From an uncultured Pseudomonadota bacterium (GTDB lineage Bacteria > Oederibacteriota > Muellerivitia > Muellerivitales > Muellerivitaceae), in assembly GCA_963770835.1 (NCBI GenBank), contig CAVYRH010000004.1, positions 672,001 to 736,000 on the forward strand: a stretch of DNA of 64,000 nucleotides, given 5' to 3'. The position numbers and the translations under genes are program-made. Numbering within the stretch: position 1 is the stretch's first letter; the number at the start of each line of letters is the position of its first letter. Shown here piece by piece: positions 57,778 through 64,000 of this stretch. The notes under the pieces were generated by a model. The model was not told where the DNA came from and did no database searches. It saw nothing but the letters and a program-made list of their open reading frames with translations.

Positions 57778-58948
57778 GTAACCTCTGAAAAACTCCTTCG
57801 TCTAAATGCTGAAATATAATAGCAGCATTCCAGACGGAGGGATTCCATGCAAATCAGCTTCGGGATGTACGAGGACAAGAACCGGCGACTCAAAAAGACC
57901 ATGCTAGAGGAAGTGGATAAGGTTCTGGACTTTCCGAAGATCGAGAAATTGCTGATGGAAATGTACCGGGGCAACACGGGGAGACCTCCCATCCCGCCTT
58001 TGATCTTGTTTAAATGCCTTTTGCTGGAATCCTGGTACGGCCTGTCGGATGTGGAAGTAGTCCAAGAAATCCACGACCGGCGCAGTTTTGAGCGGTTCGT
58101 GGGTGAAGGGGTGCGAGAGTACCACGTCGACGACACCACTTTGGTGAAGTTTCGGGAAAGACTCCGGGAAGCCGGTTTGATAGACCGGGTTTGGGGGGCC
58201 GTGCAACAGGGTTTAGATCGCAAAGGACTTTTGGTCAAGAAAGGGGCCATTGTGGACTCCACCCTGGTGGAAGGAGCCTGTAAACCGGAATCCAAGGATC
58301 AAGAGGGAAAGCCGGTGGATGAAGATGTTCATTACACCTCCCGGCAAGGAAAAGCCGTGGATGGGATGAAGGTTCATGTGGGTCAGGACGAGAAAAGCGG
58401 CCTGATTCGAAAGATGGATCTAAGTCATATTGAGGAACACGATCACGAACATTTCAAAGACATGGTTCCTCGCGGGGTAGAACAGGCATTTGCTGACAAG
58501 GCTTACCGGTCGGCGCAACACGATGAATATTTGGAGGAACGAGGGATTCGGAATCGAGTGTTACATCGTGTTTGGCGGGGACAGAAGCTGACCCAGAGGC
58601 AATTAAAGCAAAACAAGGTTTGGGGCCGTGTGAGGTGCGGGATCGAGGCGACAATGAGTACCTTGAAGCGGTGGTGTTCGATGGGACGAATGAGGTACTA
58701 CGGGATGGCCCGAAACAAGATTTGGGTGTTGATCTGTGGCATCGCATTTAATGGGAAAAGAGCCGTAAAGTTGGCGGCGGCCTGAGCTAAGGGGAGTTTT
58801 TTCAGAGGCAGATGACGCAAGAAGGGTCGAAAAAGGAGTTCTAGGAGTAAGTGCAACACCTTTGGAGAAACAAAAACATCTCCAAGCGGGGTTGAAAACC
58901 CTGGTGAGAAGAGTTTCAAACCAAAACAGGGAGTTTTTCAGAGGTTAC
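57778..58948 (+). mobile_element. IS5-family insertion sequence
   Basis: Terminal IRs GTAACCTCTGAAAAACTCC / GGAGTTTTTCAGAGGTTAC, flanking direct repeat AAATT (boundary ambiguous by 1-2 nt). Confidence 0.9.
57847..58785 (+). CDS. IS5-family DDE transposase
   Basis: GRPP, WYGLSD, DDTTLVKFR, IVDST, ADKAY, R..IE. Confidence 0.92.
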   Translation: MQISFGMYEDKNRRLKKTMLEEVDKVLDFPKIEKLLMEMYRGNTGRPPIPPLILFKCLLLESWYGLSDVEVVQEIHDRRSFERFVGEGVREYHVDDTTLVKFRERLREAGLIDRVWGAVQQGLDRKGLLVKKGAIVDSTLVEGACKPESKDQEGKPVDEDVHYTSRQGKAVDGMKVHVGQDEKSGLIRKMDLSHIEEHDHEHFKDMVPRGVEQAFADKAYRSAQHDEYLEERGIRNRVLHRVWRGQKLTQRQLKQNKVWGRVRCGIEATMSTLKRWCSMGRMRYYGMARNKIWVLICGIAFNGKRAVKLAAA

Positions 58949-59252
58949 AAATTATTATTTTGCTTTTTGGGTTTTCCCTGTAAGAAATAGACGAGAACTG
59001 CAACGCCGACTCCAGAGAATATCCAAGGAATGTTATTTTTTAGAATCTGAATCAAAGAGATTTTATCCATTGATTTGATCGTACAAGTTAGCTCTTTATT
59101 AAATCAAGCGAAAAAGCCTGGTGAAAGGTCTGGACATGAAAAAGAATTTTAGCCAGTTAGCTTTCAACGGGACCTCCAGACTTAAACTATTTTATTCTTC
59201 CTCATCCAAAGAATCGCGCCCATGTGATCGCGGCCATACCAAGCGTTGGCGT

Positions 59253-59702
59253 CTAGCCTTTAAGGACCTTCTTCAAAAGATCTTTAAAGCCCAAAAACAG
59301 TGACGTCTTAGAAGGCTTCCGCCCTGGTTCTGGGATGGCCGCCATAGGCGGTTGTTGGGAGAGTTCATTTGTTTGGCTGGGGACGGGGGCCTTTGGGGCC
59401 AAATCCTCCGGGGTGGCGACGCGGTAGCGGATGCTCCTTCCGCCCCCCATCCGTATGATCCTTTTTGTCTTTAAGAGCCGCATCAGGGTATAAGTGAGCG
59501 TGCTACGGGCCCAGCCAAATTCCTTAGCCATCTCGCTGGGAACGGCCTCCCCCCGCTGTTTGATGAACTCCACGAGTTTATCCAGTTCCCAGTGACTCCT
59601 ATATCCACCCCTTTTCTGGGATTGCCGCGTTGGTTTTGGGGCCGGTTCCTGCCCTCTTGCGGTGGAATTTGCGGCCTGGTCATCCGGAAGAGTGAAAGTC
59701 AT
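59253..59702 (-). CDS. Winged-helix DNA-binding protein
   Basis: PSEMAKEFGWARSTLTYTLMRL...IRMGGGRSIRY; AAGGAG RBS. Confidence 0.7.
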   Translation of the reverse strand: MTFTLPDDQAANSTARGQEPAPKPTRQSQKRGGYRSHWELDKLVEFIKQRGEAVPSEMAKEFGWARSTLTYTLMRLLKTKRIIRMGGGRSIRYRVATPEDLAPKAPVPSQTNELSQQPPMAAIPEPGRKPSKTSLFLGFKDLLKKVLKG

Positions 59703-59712
59703 AAGCGCTCCT

Positions 59713-59834
59713 TATTCTGCCAATAATATGCGCAGCGCATATTATTGGCAGAATAGGCGGGTTCAAAAACGGGTTGGTGCCCAAGATTTAGAATTAATCT
59801 GCCAATAATATCAGCCGCTGATATTATTGGCAGA
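59713..59834. repeat. Two related perfect palindromes (43 bp and 37 bp), 82 bp apart
   Basis: TCTGCCAATAATAT-GCGCAGCGC-ATATTATTGGCAGA and TCTGCCAATAATAT-CAGCCGCTG-ATATTATTGGCAGA. Confidence 0.9.
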
Positions 59835-59866
59835 ATAGCCGGGTTGAAATCAAGAGATTGCCCAAA

Positions 59867-60382
59867 TTAAAGCTTTTTGTTTTCCCTCATCCAAAGAACC
59901 TGGCCTGTGTGGTGGAGGCCATGCCAGGCATAGGTGCCCAAAGCCGTTGAAAGCTTGGTGGCCTGGTTGTTCCGGGGGTTGATATAGGCCCGGGCGAACT
60001 CTTCCTCCGTCATGGACCGCATCAACTGCGCCCATTGGCGATGAAGCCCCTCGAGCAAGCCCAAGGGCCCCTCGACCGGCCCCGTTTTTGATTCCACCAA
60101 ATCCACCAATTTATTCCTGTCGTAACCCTTCGTCACCGGCTGTTCCTCGGTCAGCGCCAATTTAAAGTTGACGTAGCCAAACGTATGGCTATCCGCCAAG
60201 TGGTGGACGATCTGGCGGATGGTCCAGTTCTTATACTTCGTGTCCAGTTGGGCGTCCGAGAGGCCCGCCACGGCTTCCCGGAGGGCTTGGGGGGCCTTTT
60301 CGATAATGGCGATCAATTCTTTTATGGGCGGGTTTTCTTCCGTATTTGGGTTGGGTCCGACGGGGTAATCAGGGGCTTCCAT
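59867..60382 (-). CDS. YfiT/DinB-family metal-dependent thiol transferase (copy 1)
   Basis: WTIRQIVHHLADSH, YAWHGLHH. Confidence 0.88.
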   Translation of the reverse strand: MEAPDYPVGPNPNTEENPPIKELIAIIEKAPQALREAVAGLSDAQLDTKYKNWTIRQIVHHLADSHTFGYVNFKLALTEEQPVTKGYDRNKLVDLVESKTGPVEGPLGLLEGLHRQWAQLMRSMTEEEFARAYINPRNNQATKLSTALGTYAWHGLHHTGQVLWMRENKKL

Positions 60383-60447
60383 GGTTTTCTCCTCGGTTTT
60401 GGGATTGGAAGGCTTATAGTAAGCCAAAATTTAATGGAGGTTTCAAT

Positions 60448-61017
60448 ATGTTCAGCAAGTATGCCGCCTTCATAACGGTCCTGTTCCTAGCTTATTCCAT
60501 TTGCGGAGCCCAAACGGTCCAACCTACCACCGCCCCGGCGCCTGCGGCGGGGAAACGCAAGCCCATCACCATGGAATGGGGGGGCCTGAACGGTATTCAT
60601 TATTACTATGCGGGGTACAAAGCCGATGGGGTGGAGGGATTATCGGGCATCATCACATCCCTGCATGACCCCGAGGCCACCCGGCTGGTCGCCGCCGCCC
60701 GGAATGACGAAAATACGGGGGGGCTTTTCACGGTGGGGGGGCTGGTTTTCCTCGCCGCCGGGGCCATCGTTGTGGGTACGGACCCCAATTCCCAAAAGAC
60801 CACCCAAGACATCGACGGACGGCAAGCGGCGGGCTTGGGGATGAGCCTGGCCGGTTTGGTGGGAGGGGTTTTCGGCCTGCTCAACCTGGATGATGCCAAG
60901 GCCGACGAGTTCAACGCGGTCCAGCGTTACAACGCCGTCGTGCGGGGGGAGGACGAAACCTCCTGGAACCTTCCCGATCCCGGGCTGCGGACAAAGCTTC
61001 TGACTTTGAAGTTCTAG
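60448..61017 (+). CDS. Exported/membrane hypothetical protein (copy 1)
   Basis: GGAGG RBS, signal peptide, two Gly-rich hydrophobic helices, AVQRYN...LTLKF. Confidence 0.72.
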   Translation: MFSKYAAFITVLFLAYSICGAQTVQPTTAPAPAAGKRKPITMEWGGLNGIHYYYAGYKADGVEGLSGIITSLHDPEATRLVAAARNDENTGGLFTVGGLVFLAAGAIVVGTDPNSQKTTQDIDGRQAAGLGMSLAGLVGGVFGLLNLDDAKADEFNAVQRYNAVVRGEDETSWNLPDPGLRTKLLTLKF

Positions 61018-61122
61018 CTTTTCCCAGGTTCCCAAAGTAAGCATTTTTCAAGTTTTCAGATGGGAAGATAATCCTCGAAGCATTCCGCCATTTGTTGAAA
61101 ACCAACCAGTAGCGGGCAAAAG

Positions 61123-61638
61123 TTAAACTCGCTTGCTTTCCCGCATCCATAGGATCTGCCCCGTGTGGTGGCGGCCATGCCAGGCATAGGTGCCTACGGC
61201 GCTTTTCAGGGTGATCACCCGGTTGCGGTCGGGATGGATGAAGGCGCGGTTGAATTGCTCCTCCGTCATGGACCGCAATAACTGCACCCACTGCTTGTGA
61301 ATCCCCTCTATCATGGCCAGGGGGCCGTCAATAGGCCCCGTTTTCGATTCCTCCAAGTCCGACCACTTCCCATCGTCATAAGCCTTGATGACCGGCTGGT
61401 CCTCGGTGAGCGCCCATTTGAACCGGATGTAGCTGTTGGCGTGGCTGTCCGCCAAGTGGTGGACGATCTGGCGGATAGTCCAGTTCTTATACTTCGTGTC
61501 CAATTGGGCGTCCGACAGACCCCCGACGGCCTCCCGAAGGGCATGGGGGGCTTCTTCAATAATGGCGATCAATTCTTTCCGGGGCGGATTTTCTTCCTCT
61601 TTCAGGTTCGGGCCAACGGGGAATTGGGGCGCTTCCAT
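61123..61638 (-). CDS. YfiT/DinB-family metal-dependent thiol transferase (copy 2)
   Basis: WTIRQIVHHLADSHANSY, YAWHGRHH. Confidence 0.9.
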   Translation of the reverse strand: MEAPQFPVGPNLKEEENPPRKELIAIIEEAPHALREAVGGLSDAQLDTKYKNWTIRQIVHHLADSHANSYIRFKWALTEDQPVIKAYDDGKWSDLEESKTGPIDGPLAMIEGIHKQWVQLLRSMTEEQFNRAFIHPDRNRVITLKSAVGTYAWHGRHHTGQILWMRESKRV

Positions 61639-61717
61639 GATTTTCTCCTGGGTTCTGGTTTATGATGTGGCAACTTTATACGGCTTTTCAGCAAAAATCA
61701 CCTGTCCGGGGGAAAAA

Positions 61718-62521
61718 GTGGGAGCTCCTTTTTTTCAAGTCGACGCTTTCGTTACCGATAAGCCTTTCTCGGGAAACCCGGCGGGGGTCTGCGTCCTGCC
61801 CGGCCCGGTGGAAGAGGCTTGGATGCAGAGCCTCGCCATGGAAATCAACCAGGCCGAAACGGCGTTCCTTCACCCGGAGGGGAACGGCTACCGGCTGCGC
61901 TGGTTCACGCCCAGGATGGAAATTTCCCTTTGCGGCCACGGAACCTTGGCCAGCGCCCATGTGCTCTGGAGCGAGGGGTTTCTAGGAAAGGGAAGGGAAG
62001 CCCTGTTTCACACGAAAAGCGGGTTGTTGAAGGCCGCCCAAAGGGATGGACGTATCGAAATGGATTTTCCCGCCAGGCCCGTCGAGCCTTGCGTCAAGCC
62101 CCCGGGGTTCGAGGAATCACTCGGTGTTCCCGTCCTGGGTTTAAGCCAAAGTGGAACCGCGTATTTGTCCGAATTGTCCTCCCCCGCCGCTGTCCGCGGG
62201 CTGAAGCCGGATTTCAAAAAAATGGAATCTTACCTCGACGAACAGCTGCACGGTGTCATCGTCACGGCGGCCTCGGACGACCCGGCCTATGATTTTGTTT
62301 CCCGTTTCTTCGCTCCGACGGCGGGAATCCCGGAAGACCATGTCACCGGTTCGGCCCACTGCTGCCTGGGGCCCTTTTGGCAAAAGCGGCTTGGAAAAAA
62401 CAACTTCACGGCTTTTCAAGCCTCGGCCCGGGGCGGTATCCTATCGGTTCGCTGTGAAGGGGATCGCGTTTATTTGGGCGGGAAGGCCGTAACGGTCACC
62501 CGCGGGGAATTACTTTTATAA
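61718..62521 (+). CDS. PhzF-family isomerase
   Basis: QVDAF, GNPAGV, ETAF, LCGHGTLA, EDHVTGSAH. Confidence 0.9.
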   Translation: MGAPFFQVDAFVTDKPFSGNPAGVCVLPGPVEEAWMQSLAMEINQAETAFLHPEGNGYRLRWFTPRMEISLCGHGTLASAHVLWSEGFLGKGREALFHTKSGLLKAAQRDGRIEMDFPARPVEPCVKPPGFEESLGVPVLGLSQSGTAYLSELSSPAAVRGLKPDFKKMESYLDEQLHGVIVTAASDDPAYDFVSRFFAPTAGIPEDHVTGSAHCCLGPFWQKRLGKNNFTAFQASARGGILSVRCEGDRVYLGGKAVTVTRGELLL

Positions 62522-62531
62522 GGAGATTCTT

Positions 62532-63098
62532 ATGTTCAGGAGAATGATCGTTTTGATGCCGGTATTATTTGTGGGGTTCCTCTTTCATTCGGTTTGTGGG
62601 GCCCAGGCGGCCCAACCTACACCCGCTCCGACAACTGAAAAACGCAAACCCATCGTTTGTAAATGGACGACGCTGGAAGGAATGCGTTACTACTATTCTG
62701 GGGTCAAAATCGCCGACGACAAAAGCTTGGGAAACCTCATTTCTCCCCTGAACGACCCCGAAGCCAACCGTCTTATGGACGTCTCCTCCGGTTCCCACAC
62801 TTCCGGGGTTGTCCTCCTTGTGGGAGGGAGCGTTTGTCTAGTTGGGGGATTAGTGGTGGCTGGGAGCAATTACGATAACGGTTCCCAAGCCCTCAATTCG
62901 ACCGGAACATCCGGACTCGTGATCGCATTGGCCGGTTTGGTGGGGGATTACGTTGGATTATTCAAGATCGAGGAATCACGGACCGCCCAATTCGCCGCCG
63001 TTCAGCGTTATAACGCCATCGTTCACGGGGACGATGAAACCACCTGGAACCTACCCAAGCCCGGAATGCAAACACAACTTCTAACACTCAAATTTTAA
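62532..63098 (+). CDS. Exported/membrane hypothetical protein (copy 2)
   Basis: Paralog of 60448-61017 (KRKPI, DPEA.RL, AVQRYNA, WNLP.PG, LLTLKF). Confidence 0.75.
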   Translation: MFRRMIVLMPVLFVGFLFHSVCGAQAAQPTPAPTTEKRKPIVCKWTTLEGMRYYYSGVKIADDKSLGNLISPLNDPEANRLMDVSSGSHTSGVVLLVGGSVCLVGGLVVAGSNYDNGSQALNSTGTSGLVIALAGLVGDYVGLFKIEESRTAQFAAVQRYNAIVHGDDETTWNLPKPGMQTQLLTLKF

Positions 63099-63123
63099 TC
63101 TTCGTTCATAAACCGGAGGGGCC

Positions 63124-63567
63124 ATGCCGGATTTAAAAACTATTGTTGAAGAAAACCAAAACCAGCGGGAACGGCTTGTATCGCTGATGAAGGCCCTGCG
63201 GGAGTCGGATTATTCCCGGGTCTTGCCCAACGGCTGGACGGTGGGGGTTGCACTGGCCCACCTGGCTTTTTGGGACCTAAGCCAGGTCGCCCGATTGAAG
63301 CGCTGGTTGCAAGAAGACCTGAAGCCGTCCTCCCTGGATGCGGAAGCCGTCAACGGTCCGCTGGCGGCCCTTTCCGAAGCCCTCCCGCCCAAGGCCGTCG
63401 TCAAACTGGCGACTGGCGCGGCGGAAGCCATTGACCGGCTGGTGGAGCAATTGACTCCCGAACAGGTTGAAACCTTGCTGGGGATGGGGCTGGAGCGCAA
63501 CCTGCGCCGGTCCATCCACCGGCAGAATCACCTGGACAAAATCGAAGAAGTATTGGGTAAGGGCTAA
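63124..63567 (+). CDS. DinB/MDMPI-like protein
   Basis: GWTVGVALAHLAFWD, H...H near the C-terminus. Confidence 0.7.
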   Translation: MPDLKTIVEENQNQRERLVSLMKALRESDYSRVLPNGWTVGVALAHLAFWDLSQVARLKRWLQEDLKPSSLDAEAVNGPLAALSEALPPKAVVKLATGAAEAIDRLVEQLTPEQVETLLGMGLERNLRRSIHRQNHLDKIEEVLGKG

Positions 63568-63715
63568 GAAGAGCTTTTCCCCATTTCGTTCAGTTCTTTG
63601 GAACTTTGATTTTTTTGTTGGGAATTTGACCGGTTTTAGCTTGTCACCTTCCGCTACCCCTGGTTAAGCTTTATGTGTCCGGCCTTTTGAATCTATGCGT
63701 CTTGAGGGGGAATTT

Positions 63716-64000
63716 ATGTGCCCATTCTTGAAACCGGCTTTATTGCTTCTGTTGTTGGGCTTGACCGGACTTTCCGGCAAGGCGGCCGCGGACGAAGGCA
63801 AGCGGTACCAGATCGGGGTCATCCCCAAGGGGGTAACGCATCTTTATTGGAAGACCATCCATGCGGGGGTGGTCAAGGCGGGGAAGGACCTGGGCGTGGA
63901 CGTCCTCTGGGTCGGGTCGAAAACCGAGAATGACCGCAAACAGCAGATCGAGACGATGCAGGATTTCATCAGCCGTAAGGTCGACGCCATCGTACTGGCC
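63716..64000 (+). CDS. Sugar ABC transporter substrate-binding protein (RbsB-like), truncated by the window end
   Basis: Signal peptide, IGVIPKGVTHLYWKTIHAG, VDAIVLA. Confidence 0.8.
   Translation, partial: MCPFLKPALLLLLLGLTGLSGKAAADEGKRYQIGVIPKGVTHLYWKTIHAGVVKAGKDLGVDVLWVGSKTENDRKQQIETMQDFISRKVDAIVLA

Larger units (their letters stand above)
57256..59070 (-). pseudogene. Membrane-anchored hypothetical protein interrupted by the IS
   Basis: Removing the IS and one AAATT copy restores a single 212-aa frame, MDKISLIQ...PWIFSGVGVAV...KKQNNNLNNENS...MIEKSK. Confidence 0.8.

Noticed and set aside
59121..59303. 60-aa plus-strand ORF
   Set aside because: Weak RBS, no motif, and it overlaps the 3' end of the HTH gene on the opposite strand.

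Overview
Chromosomal window from a GC-rich, probably diderm bacterium (it has a lipid A acyltransferase and a GT9 heptosyltransferase). From left to right it holds seven blocks. (1) The 3' part of a large Ser/Thr-rich tandem-repeat protein. (2) A ~18 kb redox/nitrosative-stress block: two Ric-like di-iron proteins, a nitronate monooxygenase, two radical SAM enzymes, an A1-type heme-copper oxidase operon with duplicated subunits III and IV, a ferritin-like protein plus GT9, and a Cys-rich Crp/Fnr regulator. Nine copies of an ATGAN-N4-RTCAT palindrome occur here, eight of them 22-23 bp from a -10-like hexamer. (3) A pirin gene remnant, then one translationally coupled operon that joins a type II PKS/FAS cassette (KS, CLF-like, ACP, DH, KR, PPTase) to a PhcB-like methyltransferase and PhcS/PhcR-like signalling genes. 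This looks like a self-contained quorum-sensing system. (4) Housekeeping genes: uppP, an lpxL-like gene, tRNA-Asn, recR-ybaB-dnaX, SRP RNA, tRNA-Arg-tadA-tRNA-Ala-tRNA-Ser. (5) metH followed by four co-oriented gene cassettes, each ending in a diverged copy of the metH 3' end, with no integrase in view. (6) An IS5-family element that interrupts a gene, and twin perfect palindromes next to an HTH gene. (7) A duplicated yfiT/membrane-protein module and the start of a sugar-binding protein. The two strongest candidates for undescribed systems are the metH-tail cassette array and the PKS-coupled Phc-type quorum-sensing operon. All functional calls come from motif recognition by eye; no database searches were run.
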